In this document: positions 1-10,325 of the stretch, piece by piece
How the letters are laid out: every line of letters starts with the position of its first letter
Position numbering within the stretch: position 1 is the first letter of the stretch
Source of the DNA: Treponemataceae bacterium
GTDB taxonomy: Bacteria; Spirochaetota; Spirochaetia; Treponematales; Rectinemataceae
Direction of reading: 5' to 3'
Length of the DNA stretch: 64,000 nt
Assembly (NCBI GenBank): GCA_963667725.2
Contig: CAXXHO010000005.1
Coordinates: forward strand, 480,001-544,000
The notes under the pieces: generated by a model
Database searches by the model: none
What the model was told of the DNA's origin: nothing
Seen by the model: only the letters and a program-made list of their open reading frames with translations
Program-made: the position numbers and the translations under genes

Positions 1-642
1 AATAGCATCTATATAATTTGATAGTATTACTCTTGTACCTAATTTCTTTACTTGCTCTATATAATAATCTCTTTCTTCTTTATCCCAAATCTCTTGTGAA
101 TAAGGTAGTATCTCACTACTTCGAGCTATAGGTACTATTACTATATCAACTTTTGTTTCTTTAACGTCTTTAACAAGGTCTTCTTCAAACAGATCTCCAC
201 AAAGTAAGTAGCTATACTTTTTTGAACCTACAGAAAACTCTACTATTTTTTTGCCTTTACTATAAATATTTTTATCGGCATTTCTACCATGCCACCCATT
301 ACTTATCCTACGATAATGAGCGTTAATGTTTCCTGTGGTATTAATACATAGTACCGAATCATAGATTTTATTTTGATCTCGTTCAAGAAATCCTAAAGAT
401 ACGTAGACTCTACATTTACAAGCTATTTCTTTAATACTATTGATATATGAAGAATCTATTGAAACTGCATATTTGTAATCGTGTTCAGGATTATCATCAG
501 ATATAAATCCAGTTAAGCTTGTTTCTGGGAATATAATGAACTTGGCATTATTTGCAGCAGCTTCTTCTATGTACTGCTTAATAGTTTCAATACTATGAGA
601 AATACAAGTATCAATTCTTGGAACAACGATTGCATATTTCAT
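1..642 (-). CDS. Carbon-nitrogen hydrolase (nitrilase superfamily), 3' end outside window
   Basis: Manual translation MKYAIVVPRIDT...AKFIIFPETSLTGF...YLLCGDLF shows the FPE and catalytic Cys motifs. Not in the ORF track because it runs off the edge. Confidence 0.85.
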   Translation of the reverse strand, partial: MKYAIVVPRIDTCISHSIETIKQYIEEAAANNAKFIIFPETSLTGFISDDNPEHDYKYAVSIDSSYINSIKEIACKCRVYVSLGFLERDQNKIYDSVLCINTTGNINAHYRRISNGWHGRNADKNIYSKGKKIVEFSVGSKKYSYLLCGDLFEEDLVKDVKETKVDIVIVPIARSSEILPYSQEIWDKEERDYYIEQVKKLGTRVILSNYIDAI

Positions 643-805
643 ACAAACATCCGTAGGATGCATCTAACATTTTCGCTTAACCTTTAAGCCCGACCTGAGC
701 GTAAGCGAAGGCTTGGCGCGATTCTTGCACCACTTTACGTTGCCGCTCCTACTTTACTGAATCTCGCAAGAAGCGTGCCAAAGGGCTTATAAGGTTGAAG
801 CGGGT

Positions 806-1034
806 GTTAGAAAGCGTTCATGTTCCTTAATACTTTTACCTGTGCAGCTTAACACTGTTAGAAAATACGCTGCATTTCAGAGAAATACCGAGATGAAATT
901 GTCAACGTTTACTTTAGGTAAATGCTGCAATGAATCTCGGCAATAAAAGATGCAGCGTATTTTCTAACATGAAATCTTACATTCTTTTCTTACATTTACC
1001 CTTTCTTTTTCTTCGAGCCATACGTCTTTCTAAC
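806..1034. other. Gene-less cassette family A, copy 1 (internal ~115-nt hairpin)
   Basis: Bounded by GTTAGAA/TTCTAAC; no conserved ORF; inverted repeat TGTTAGAAAATACGCTGCAT...ATGCAGCGTATTTTCTAACA. Confidence 0.9.
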
Positions 1035-1147
1035 ATTTTCGCTTAACCTTTAAATCCGTCCTGAGCGTAGCGAAGGATTGGCGCGCATTTTGCATTGTTG
1101 TTCCTGCAAAATGCGTGTCAACAGGATTTATAAGGTTGAAGCGGGTG

Positions 1148-1648
1148 TTAGGCTCCTCTTTTTTCGTATTCTTCTCTTCTTATCTCTATTACAATTTCTT
1201 CTTTATCTCTGCTTATTTCTTTAAATCCATAATTCTGTAATGCCCTATATCCATTTTGATTCTTTATATCTATTCTATCTTCCATTATTTCCCCATTAAA
1301 TTCATTGAAGTAATAATGAAGTAGTAAATCTAATGCTTGTCTACCAAATCCATGATTCCTATAATTGCTTTTTATCTTTACATTGAGTCTCGCTTTCTTT
1401 TCTTCTTTATCATAATTATGAAAGCTTATCTCTCCAATACACTGATGAGTATCTTCATGCAATATCAAAAAGTACTTATTTATATCTTTATCAAGTACAA
1501 GCATTTTTTGATACCATTGAGTATATCTTTCCTCTGACAATGGTTGTATGCCTCCTACATCTTCCATTGTCTCGGGATCTTCCCATATTCCTTTTACGAG
1601 TTGCCAATCACCTTTGGTCGGTGCAACTAGTTTTATTACGCTGCCCAT
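1148..1648 (-). CDS. GNAT N-acetyltransferase (RimJ/RimL-like)
   Basis: YRNHGFGRQAL acetyl-CoA motif; stop codon is the TAA of R''. Confidence 0.85.
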   Translation of the reverse strand: MGSVIKLVAPTKGDWQLVKGIWEDPETMEDVGGIQPLSEERYTQWYQKMLVLDKDINKYFLILHEDTHQCIGEISFHNYDKEEKKARLNVKIKSNYRNHGFGRQALDLLLHYYFNEFNGEIMEDRIDIKNQNGYRALQNYGFKEISRDKEEIVIEIRREEYEKRGA

Positions 1649-1844
1649 AAATGATTTTCTCTATTGTCTAGTGAGCCTAACATTGGCTTAACCTTTAACG
1701 CTCGTTCCCGAGCGAAGCGAGGGATTGGCGTGGTTTGTGCATTGTTGTTCCTGCACAAACCATGACAAAGAACGTTATAAGGTTGAAGCATATGTTAGAA
1801 GCTTTTTTAGGTAACTTTTGTCAATATGAATATTATAATTGATT

Positions 1845-2630
1845 CTACACTTTCTTTCCAATATAAAACACATACCCATAGTATTCTTTATATTTACTAT
1901 ATAATTCAGCTCCTCGCTTTTCATATTCAACAAATACTTCAGCGGATTTATTACCCTTATACTTTCTTAAAAATATTCCAGCTGCTTTTTTTTCAGCATT
2001 GAAAAAGTTATCAATCCAACAAGATTCAGGCAGACTAAAGGATGCTGTAAATATAAATCCTGCTTTTTGCATTTTAGCTATATTATTTGGAATTGTATCT
2101 ATTTCAGGATATGCGTCATTCCAAAAATCTTCGATCTCTTTTGGCCGCTCGTCTGTGAACCAAGAGGCTTCAGTAACAGCAATATAGCCTCCTTTCTTTA
2201 AGTAATTAATAAAATATTTCATTCCATTTTTAAATCCAATATTGTAAATAGCTCCTTCACACCAGATAAGATCTAATCCACCAATTTTGAAATCAAGTTT
2301 ATCCATTGATCCAATTTCGCCCTTTACTTTATCTTGAAGTTTTAATCGATCAATATTGCTATTTAGTTTCTCAATAAAACCGGAGAATAAATCAATAGCA
2401 GTAATTGTACCCGGGATGTTTTGTGCCAAGACAATTGTCTGACAACCAGTACCACATCCAAGATCGGCTACTTTTAAGGTACTGTTTAAATTATCTATAA
2501 AGCTTAGTGCTTTTAATGTAGCATCATTGCTTCCCGGCCCTTGACGTTCCATGCTTAAGAAAAATTCGCAAATCAATGAAACATCGAAATCATGAATATT
2601 AGGCTCTTCATTTCTCATTTCTTCCTCCAA
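1845..2630 (-). CDS. Class I SAM-dependent methyltransferase
   Basis: VADLGCGTG motif I, DLIWCEGAIY. Confidence 0.92.
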   Translation of the reverse strand: MEEEMRNEEPNIHDFDVSLICEFFLSMERQGPGSNDATLKALSFIDNLNSTLKVADLGCGTGCQTIVLAQNIPGTITAIDLFSGFIEKLNSNIDRLKLQDKVKGEIGSMDKLDFKIGGLDLIWCEGAIYNIGFKNGMKYFINYLKKGGYIAVTEASWFTDERPKEIEDFWNDAYPEIDTIPNNIAKMQKAGFIFTASFSLPESCWIDNFFNAEKKAAGIFLRKYKGNKSAEVFVEYEKRGAELYSKYKEYYGYVFYIGKKV

Positions 2631-2879
2631 TGCTTCTGCATTATCATGATATTTTTATTTCACACACTATTCTTTTTAGTTATATTAGTTATTTACACAA
2701 ATGATATATTACTATTTTATCTAGCGCCGAAGGCGTCCTTCTAACATTAGCTTGACCCTTAACGCTCGCTCCTGAGCGTAGCGAAGGATTGGCGTGGTTT
2801 GTGCATTGTTGTTCTGCACAAACCATGACAAAGGGCGTTATAGGGTCGAAGCAGGTGTTAGGCATTTTTTTCTTAAGGT

Positions 2880-3233
2880 TTATTCCTTTATTCTATAATA
2901 TTTAGCGAGTTCTTTGTATTTATTATAATCATAATTACTTTTAATTCTTGCTTTTTCTTTAATATATTCTATATTACTTTTTAACTTTTCTGGAATTTCT
3001 ACTGTTTCACTCTTTCTTGCTAATACTAATATTACTTCAACTATTTCGGTCCAGCTATCTATATTCTTTCCATCAAGTAATATTGGAACAATTTGATTAA
3101 TTGTATCAAAAGCAATAATTGGTTCTAAACACTTAATATATTTTTCACAAAATCCAGAAAACGCCCATTCATTCTTAGAGTACATTTTTCGAATGGATAA
3201 CAATTCTTCTATAAACTGATTCTTATTATTCAT
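2880..3233 (-). CDS. Hypothetical protein
   Basis: 117-aa ORF with RBS, sole ORF of cassette. Confidence 0.7.
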   Translation of the reverse strand: MNNKNQFIEELLSIRKMYSKNEWAFSGFCEKYIKCLEPIIAFDTINQIVPILLDGKNIDSWTEIVEVILVLARKSETVEIPEKLKSNIEYIKEKARIKSNYDYNKYKELAKYYRIKE

Positions 3234-3620
3234 TTTACATCCTATATTAAATTGATTATACTAAATTATTCAAATTACTAAATATAATTACGCTATAGGA
3301 ACAATCTTCTCTTGCACCATCTAACAAGCTAAATTTCAATATTGATAAACAAATAAGTCAATTTTACATAATAGTTTTCAAAATAGTTCCTCGGCCCGAA
3401 GGGTCTGCCTAACATTTTCGCTTAACCTTTAAGCCCGACCTGAGCGTAGCGAAGGATTGGCGCGATTCTTGCAACACTTTACATTGCCGCTCCTACTTTA
3501 CTGAATCTCGCAAGAAGCGTGCCAAAGGGCTTATAAGGTTGAAGCGGATGTTCGATGTCTTCTCTTTTTATTCTTCTAAAATAATTTGAAGCCCTTATAT
3601 TATTTGTCTTTTCCATTTGT

Positions 3621-4043
3621 CTACATACTTCTTTTTGATATTGGATGCTCTTCATTTAATTGAAGTAGATCCCATAGGTTTCCATAGAGATCTTCAAATA
3701 CTGCTACCATTCCATACTCAGCCTTTTTAGGCTCCCTAATGAATTTGATTCCATTTTCCTTCATAGCATTATAATCTCTCCAAAAATCATCTGTATTAAG
3801 AAATAAAAATACTCTGCCGCCGGTTTGATTTCCAATAAATGGTTCTTGCTCTGGCTTTGAAGCTTTAGCAAGTAAAAGCGTAGCTCCAGAACCTCCAGGA
3901 GGAGCAACTACAACCCATCGTTTATTTTGTTCAGGCTGATACGTGTCTTCAATAAGCACAAATTTTAGTTTCTTTATATAAAAATCAAGAACCTCATCAT
4001 AATCCTTTACAACAAGTGCTATATGTACAATTGATTGTTTCAT
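3621..4043 (-). CDS. VOC family (glyoxalase/bleomycin resistance) protein
   Basis: HIALVVKDYD...AVFEDLYGNLWDL. Confidence 0.9.
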   Translation of the reverse strand: MKQSIVHIALVVKDYDEVLDFYIKKLKFVLIEDTYQPEQNKRWVVVAPPGGSGATLLLAKASKPEQEPFIGNQTGGRVFLFLNTDDFWRDYNAMKENGIKFIREPKKAEYGMVAVFEDLYGNLWDLLQLNEEHPISKRSM

Positions 4044-4272
4044 ATTCCACCAATGTTACTAGTTTATATGAATATCTTCTACGAATAGAACGTATGCTTT
4101 TTTAAGATTCTTGCGCCGAAGGCGTCCATCGAACATTGGCGCTTAACCTTTAAGCCCGACCTGAGCGTAAGCGAAGGTTTGGCGCGATTCTTGCAACACT
4201 TTAAGTTGCCGCTCCTACTTTACGGGATCTCGCAAGAATCGTGACAACAGGGCTTATAAGGTTGAAGCGTGT

Positions 4273-4501
4273 GTTAGAAAGCGTTCATGTTCCTTAATAC
4301 TTTTACCTGTGCAGCTTAACACTGTTAGAAAATACGCTGCATTTCAGAGAAATACCGAGATGAAGTTGTCAACATTTACTTTAGGTAAATGCTGCAATGA
4401 ATCTCGGCAATAAAAAATGCAGCGTATTTTCTAACATGAAATCTTACATTCTTTTCTTACATTTACCCTTTCTTTTTCTTCGAGCCATACGTCTTTCTAA
4501 C
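4273..4501. other. Gene-less cassette family A, copy 2
   Basis: Near-identical to 806-1034. Confidence 0.9.
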
Positions 4502-4614
4502 ATTTTCGCTTAACCTTTAAATCCGTCCTGAGCGTAGCGAAGGATTGGCGCGCATTTTGCATTGTTGTTCCTGCAAAATGCGTGACAACAGGATTTATAA
4601 GGTTGAAGCGTGTG

Positions 4615-5127
4615 TTAGGTTTCTTTTTTTATTATATATATGCTCTTTATCTTCCCTGATCTCTCTTCATTCATCCAATATTTCATTCCTATCGCTTTTG
4701 CCACTGCTTTGGATGCTTCATTCTCTGGATTTATAATCGCTATAATCTTATCTAGTTTCTTTTCAGTAAAAGCATAATTAACTAATGCCTTTGATATTTC
4801 TTTACCATATCCTTTTCCCCATTTTGTTCTATCTATGTAATAATTCAGCTCTATATACCCTTTTCCCTTTATCTCTTTCGGAATAAATCCCGCATGTCCT
4901 ATTAATTCATGATTGCTTTTAAGCTCAATTGGCCATAGATCATATTCTTCCCTTTTTGGATCTTCTGCTACCTTCCTAAACTCTTCTATTAAAGACAATT
5001 TATCTCTTGGGCCTCCAGTATACCTTGTCATTTCGTCATCCATCCACAAGTATACTAAGAACTTAATGTCTGATTTTCTTTGATAACGCAGTATCAATCT
5101 ACTGGTTTTTAGTATCGTATCATCCAT
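4615..5127 (-). CDS. GNAT N-acetyltransferase (RimJ/RimL-like)
   Basis: TSRLILR, WGKGYGKE, NEASKAV; start reassigned to the ATG after GGAG. Confidence 0.88.
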   Translation of the reverse strand: MDDTILKTSRLILRYQRKSDIKFLVYLWMDDEMTRYTGGPRDKLSLIEEFRKVAEDPKREEYDLWPIELKSNHELIGHAGFIPKEIKGKGYIELNYYIDRTKWGKGYGKEISKALVNYAFTEKKLDKIIAIINPENEASKAVAKAIGMKYWMNEERSGKIKSIYIIKKET

Positions 5128-5228
5128 ACTTTCTCCAACAAAATATCTCTGTGATTCAGCGATTTTACTTTTCTGCACGAAGCGCCAAACCTAACATTCG
5201 TACATATTATCTAATACACTTTTTGTTT

Positions 5229-5426
5229 TTAAATTGAAATGCATTTTTGCACGATGAATATTATTCCTCCGATAACAATTGCTTTAAAAAGTAATGAAGC
5301 AATTTTGTTATTCAAAATAGCATCCATATCTACTGTCCCATTTTTAATTAGGATATAAATAATTATCACTATAAGTATAGGCAAACCAACCAAACCAATA
5401 ATCAACTTTGTATTCATTTGTATCAC
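5229..5426 (-). CDS. Small two-TM membrane protein
   Basis: Two hydrophobic segments; first ORF of cassette 4614-5459. Confidence 0.6.
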   Translation of the reverse strand: MIQMNTKLIIGLVGLPILIVIIIYILIKNGTVDMDAILNNKIASLLFKAIVIGGIIFIVQKCISI

Positions 5427-5566
5427 CGTTTTCTATTACGCCCGAAGGGTCAACCTAACGTTGGCTTAACCTTTAAAGCCTGGCCCGAGCGGCGTTGCGT
5501 AGTAACGATGCGAGGGATTGGCATGGTTTGTGCCTTGTTGTTCTGCACAAACCATGCCAAAAGGCT

Positions 5567-6217
5567 TTACAAGGTTGAAGCATGTGTTAGGTGCTTATCT
5601 TTTCTTAATGTTTTTATAGATCTGGCTACCCCATATAATACTAAAATAACTCCAACTAATACATTCAACCATTGTATTGCTATAGAAGGTATACTTGTCT
5701 TAATTATTGATAATAAAAGCATAACAATTGAAAGAAATAAAAATGTTGCTCCACCAGCACCTATACCAAATAATATGAGTTGTTTCTTTAAATAATTCTT
5801 TTCTATTGCTTTAGTAACAAATATGCTGCTCCAAAATACAATTGTCAAAGGACTTGATATTGTTAATATGAAGCAATTTATGAAACTTTTTATTGGACTC
5901 CATTCTATTGAACTATTTTTGATATTTGTACTTATATTATATAATCCATTTTTTAAGATTATAACTCCAAATATTATTAATACCATCGATCCAATAATAC
6001 CAAATATTTTTTTTACTTTTTCCTTCTCTAATAGTTTTCCAAGCCCAATAATCGATAATGCTATATACAAGTAATCTACAATTGTAACTGCAAGGATAGC
6101 AAATATGCTATTAATAAAATTGCTTTCAAAAGTAATACCTAATATATAAAAGAAAACAGGACCTACTGCTAATTGAAGAAACAATCCTGTCAGCAATCCA
6201 TTTAATAACGGCTCCAT
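5567..6217 (-). CDS. LysE family translocator
   Basis: GLFLQLAVGPV, LTISSPLTIVFW, multiple TM helices; stop lies inside attC. Confidence 0.85.
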   Translation of the reverse strand: MEPLLNGLLTGLFLQLAVGPVFFYILGITFESNFINSIFAILAVTIVDYLYIALSIIGLGKLLEKEKVKKIFGIIGSMVLIIFGVIILKNGLYNISTNIKNSSIEWSPIKSFINCFILTISSPLTIVFWSSIFVTKAIEKNYLKKQLILFGIGAGGATFLFLSIVMLLLSIIKTSIPSIAIQWLNVLVGVILVLYGVARSIKTLRKDKHLTHASTL

Positions 6218-6356
6218 TATTATCCTCATTGAACTATTGAAAGCGCGATAGCGTCCACCTAACATTTTCGCTTAACCTTTAAATCCGTCCTGAGCGTAGC
6301 GAAGGATTGGCGCGCATTTTGCATTGTTGTTCCTGCAAAATGCGTGACAACAGGAT

Positions 6357-6800
6357 TTATAAGGTTGAAGCAGGTGTTAGGTTATTTTTTCTCCCTAAAA
6401 ATAGGTGACTTGCATTTCCACATACTAAACATTTTTCCCTATGCATACAGAGCAGTTTCCCACATTCACTACATTCCCATTTTAACTCTTCTTGCCTTAA
6501 AAACAGTTGCATCCCTTGCTCTTTGATTGTTTTAAAGTTTTCATAAATGCTTACATTGTATTTATTTGAGTATCTTTTATTTAAATCTTTGATCCTTCTA
6601 CATGGATACTTCATACATTCACTACATAAAAGAGTAGTTTCTCCGTGTTTCTCTTCGCAATTTCTTATTCCACAGACAACACAATGTTTTGCTTTATTTA
6701 TATCTGATCCATTACATCCATTGCAGCTATTCTTTTCTCTTTGAAAAGCCAAGCAAAGGCTGCAATTTATGCCACAAGGAGCTATATCTTTTGCTTTCAT
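6357..6800 (-). CDS. DUF3795-type Cys-rich protein
   Basis: APCGINCSLC..CNGC..C..C..YPC. Confidence 0.8.
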   Translation of the reverse strand: MKAKDIAPCGINCSLCLAFQREKNSCNGCNGSDINKAKHCVVCGIRNCEEKHGETTLLCSECMKYPCRRIKDLNKRYSNKYNVSIYENFKTIKEQGMQLFLRQEELKWECSECGKLLCMHREKCLVCGNASHLFLGRKNNLTPASTL

Positions 6801-6994
6801 ATTCTTACGAGTAACGCCCTTGCTTTTTCGTAATCTTCTTCACTCACCATTATTGTTGCGTCTATACTAAAATATGCTGGTATTTGACTACCACTATCCG
6901 ATGATTGAATAATGTAAGGAATATTTTCTCTATCAAGAGTTATAGCAAAAGCATCAGCCTCAAATCGATTGTTGAATTCTTTCAGCTTTTTCAA
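6797..6994 (-). CDS. DUF2007-like small protein
   Basis: FNNRFEAD...LDRENIPYIIQ...IMVSEEDYEKA; paralogues at 15627 and 53892. Confidence 0.75.
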   Translation of the reverse strand: MKKLKEFNNRFEADAFAITLDRENIPYIIQSSDSGSQIPAYFSIDATIMVSEEDYEKARALLVRI

Positions 6995-7186
6995 ATTTTC
7001 TTCCTTTATATGAAATGAATCTGATTCGTGCGCGTAGCGTCAACCTAACATTTTCGCTTAACCTTTAAGCCCGACCTGAGCGTAAGCGAAGGTTTGGCGC
7101 GATTCTTGCAACACTTTACGTTGCCGCTCCTACTTTACTGAATCTCGCAAGAAGCGTGCCAAAGGGCTTATAAGGTTGAAGCGGGT

Positions 7187-7413
7187 GTTAGAAAGCGTTC
7201 ATGTTCCTTAAAACTTATACCTGGGCAGCTTAACACTGTTAGAAAATGCGCTGCATTTCAGAGAAATACCGAGATGAGTTGTCAGCGTTTACTTTAGGTA
7301 AATGCTGCAATGAATCTCGGCAATAAAAGATGCAGCGTATTTTCTAACATGAAATCTTACATTCTTTTCTTACATTACCTTTTCTTTTTCTTCGAGCCAT
7401 ACGTCTTTCTAAC
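7187..7413. other. Gene-less cassette family A, copy 3
   Basis: Near-identical to 806-1034. Confidence 0.9.
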
Positions 7414-7550
7414 ATTTTCGCTTAACCTTTAAGCCCGACCTGAGCGATAGCTCAGGTTTGGCGCGATTCTTGCACCACTTTACATTGCCGCTCCTACTTT
7501 ACTGAATCTCGCAAGAAGCGTGCCAAAGGGCTTATAAGGTTGAAGCGGGT

Positions 7551-7779
7551 GTTAGAAAGCGTTCATGTTCCTTAATACTTATACCTGTGCAGCTTAACAC
7601 TGTTAGAAAATACGCTGCATTTCAGAGAAATACCGAGATGAAATTGTCAGTGTTTACTTTAGGTAAATGCTGCAATAAATCTCGGCAATAAAAGATGCAG
7701 CGTATTTTCTAACATGAAATCTTACATTCTTTTCTTACATTTACTCTTTTATTTTCTTTGAGCCATACGTCTTTCTAAC
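7551..7779. other. Gene-less cassette family A, copy 4 (tandem with copy 3)
   Basis: Near-identical to 806-1034. Confidence 0.9.
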
Positions 7780-7891
7780 ATTGGCTTAACCCTTAACGCC
7801 TGTTCCTGAGCGAAGCGAAGGATTGGCGTGGTTTTTGCGTGATCTTTTCGCAAAAACCATGACAAAAGGCGTTATAGGGTTGAAGCATTTG

Positions 7892-8425
7892 TTAGATTTC
7901 TGCTCTTTTATAATATATCTTTACCATATATTCATTTAGTTTCTCAACTTTCTCAATCTTGAAATGCTTCTCGATTCCTATGTTTCCGAATAATGGTATC
8001 CCTTCTCCAAGTATTTTTGCTATTGTTGTTATAATCATCTCATCTATAAGATCTTCTTTAAGGAAAGATTGAATGGTCTTCCCTCCATCAACATAAATAT
8101 TGTTTATTCCTTTATAGTTTAAATTCTTTATAATCGTCTTAATATCTCCTGATACAATTTCTGCTTTATCTTTTAATATTGCTGGAACTGTCTTCAAGCT
8201 ATTACTTAATACAAAAACAGGTTTCGGATATGACCACTCTGGAAAGCCTACTACTGTTTCGAATGTATTTCTTTCCATGATGATTCCATCTATGTTTTCA
8301 ATATATTTTGAAAAACCATAATCATCATTCTTTGGATTGGGAATATTAATAAGCCAATCTATATCTCCATCAAGTTTTGCGATGAAGCCATCAAGAGAAC
8401 AAGCAATGTAAATATAATTTGGCAT
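7892..8425 (-). CDS. Dihydrofolate reductase family (RibD C-terminal-like) protein
   Basis: YIACSLDGFIA, IYVDGGKTIQ, LGEGIPLF. Confidence 0.88.
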   Translation of the reverse strand: MPNYIYIACSLDGFIAKLDGDIDWLINIPNPKNDDYGFSKYIENIDGIIMERNTFETVVGFPEWSYPKPVFVLSNSLKTVPAILKDKAEIVSGDIKTIIKNLNYKGINNIYVDGGKTIQSFLKEDLIDEMIITTIAKILGEGIPLFGNIGIEKHFKIEKVEKLNEYMVKIYYKRAEI

Positions 8426-8726
8426 ATTTTCTCTTTTAATTTGCTCGAAGGATCAATCTAACATTAACACTAAAAAGTTTAGGATGTATCTTTTTGCGCC
8501 GAAGGCGTCAATCTAACATTGGCTTAACCCTTAACGCCTGTTCCTGAGCGAAGCGAAGGATTGGCGTGGTTTTTGCGTCATCTTCTAGCAAAAACCATGA
8601 CAAAAGGCGTTATAGGGTTGAAGCATTTGTTAGGCACTTTTTCTTTCTATAATATTAGTACTTCCATAATTCTATTTACACTTTATTTCTTTATAATATT
8701 ACTTTATCTTCTATCTGCTTACTATT

Positions 8727-9122
8727 TCAATCTATTTTTGAACTTTTACTGTAGGAGAGTATCTCGCTTATTAAATCATTCTTCTCTTTAATAATATCTA
8801 TTCCACGTATAGTCTCTTCTGAATTATTCTCATTTACCCATATACATTCCCATCGAATAATACATCGATGACCAAAGCCCAATAATTCTTCTGTTTTAAA
8901 CCTTACTTCTCTTCTTTCTTCAAATAGATTTTCATAGTATTTTCTAATTTGATCTTTCCCAATATAAATCAATCCATAAGGAATAGGAGATGTACTTTCC
9001 AGAGTACAATCATCACTTAATAATCCTATGATATCTTCTACTTTATGATTATTAATGCCATTGTATAATTCTACAACAAGGCGAATACCAGATTCTATTT
9101 GATGCATTTTGATTGGACTCAT
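8727..9122 (-). CDS. NTF2/SnoaL-like protein
   Basis: N-terminal helices, GKDQIRKYY, GIDIIKEKNDLISE pattern. Confidence 0.75.
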   Translation of the reverse strand: MSPIKMHQIESGIRLVVELYNGINNHKVEDIIGLLSDDCTLESTSPIPYGLIYIGKDQIRKYYENLFEERREVRFKTEELLGFGHRCIIRWECIWVNENNSEETIRGIDIIKEKNDLISEILSYSKSSKID

Positions 9123-9306
9123 ACAATTTGCTCTTTAATGCTAGCAAGAATAATCTTTAATCCTCGGCGCGAAGCGTCTGCCTAACATTTTCGCTTAACC
9201 CTTAACGCCCGCTCCTGAGCGAAGCGAAGGATTGGCGTGGTTTGTGCATGGGAGTCCTGCACAAACCATGACAAAGGGCGTTATAGGGTTGAAGCGGGTG
9301 TTAGGT

Positions 9307-9759
9307 TTATTTTTTTAAAATTATTGCAAATAAGCCAGTTAATGACCCTATTAATCCAATAATTATTGAAATGTAGAATGAAAATTTTTCACGCTTCCAT
9401 TTAATTTCTTCTCGATATTCTTTTCTAATAAAATCACGTCCTTTTGAACTCAAAAACAAGGTATCATAATAAGACTTATCCCAAAAATCAGTTTCTATAT
9501 CATTTTCTCTAAAAGGAGGAATATATAAATCATATTTTTTTGCAATTTTTAGTATTCCATCAGACTTATACTCATCCCATTCATCTTGAAGCATTCTTAT
9601 TTCTGATGCTTCGGAAGCATATGAACTCTGGTGATTGGTTTTTACCTTTTTTCTTTCATCTTGATATGCATTTTTAGTTGCAATTATCAAAGATGAATAG
9701 TATCTATCAGGAAATAATCTACGTTTTATATCCATTAATTTCTTTGTTAAATTGTTCAC
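9307..9759 (-). CDS. Hypothetical protein with C-terminal TM helix
   Basis: ORF; hydrophobic C-terminus. Confidence 0.7.
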   Translation of the reverse strand: MNNLTKKLMDIKRRLFPDRYYSSLIIATKNAYQDERKKVKTNHQSSYASEASEIRMLQDEWDEYKSDGILKIAKKYDLYIPPFRENDIETDFWDKSYYDTLFLSSKGRDFIRKEYREEIKWKREKFSFYISIIIGLIGSLTGLFAIILKK

Positions 9760-9803
9760 CGAATTTTACCCTTGTTTGATAAAAGATACACTAGATTAAT
9801 TAT

Positions 9804-10082
9804 CTAACCGAATAATTTGGAATGTGTCAGAATAATCTCTTCCATATAACTTTTTTCGTAGTCACTTAATTGTTCACCATTCCGTATTTTACCGGATATA
9901 CAGCTATTAATATGATTTACTGATTGATCGTGAGTATTTAATAATTCCAGAGCAAACTTTAATGTCTTTCCATTAAGCGGTTCATCAGAAAATATTCTAC
10001 GCGCAACATGACCACATTTAGCACTCCAGCTGCGAATTTCATGTTCATCTCTTTCATTTTCAGGAGAACTTTTTGATTCCAT
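9804..10082 (-). CDS. Hypothetical protein
   Basis: ATG after GGAGGA; first gene of a two-gene cassette. Confidence 0.65.
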   Translation of the reverse strand: MESKSSPENERDEHEIRSWSAKCGHVARRIFSDEPLNGKTLKFALELLNTHDQSVNHINSCISGKIRNGEQLSDYEKSYMEEIILTHSKLFG

Positions 10083-10325
10083 ATGATTCCTCCGCGCCGA
10101 AGGCGTCAACCTAACATTGGCTTAACCCTTAACGCCCGCTCCTGAGCGAAGCGAAGGATTGGCGTGGTTTTTGCGTAAAGGAGCGTAGCGACTCGCAAAA
10201 ACCATGACAAAGGGCGTTATAGGGTTGAAGCATTTGTTAGAAATCTTCCCCTTGTCTCTAAATGTCTTTTAGTATTGTATTCAATAAATCTCTTATTCTT
10301 TCTTTATGTTTTCAGTTTCATCTCT

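Noticed and set aside
977..1021. Basic peptide MARRKRKGKCKKRM in family A
   Set aside because: Frameshifted in copy 3 and stopped after five codons in copy 4.
7892..8425. dfrA trimethoprim-resistance call; likewise aac or bla calls for GNAT and MBL genes
   Set aside because: Only family-level motifs are visible; they match RibD-C-like, generic GNAT and generic MBL proteins.
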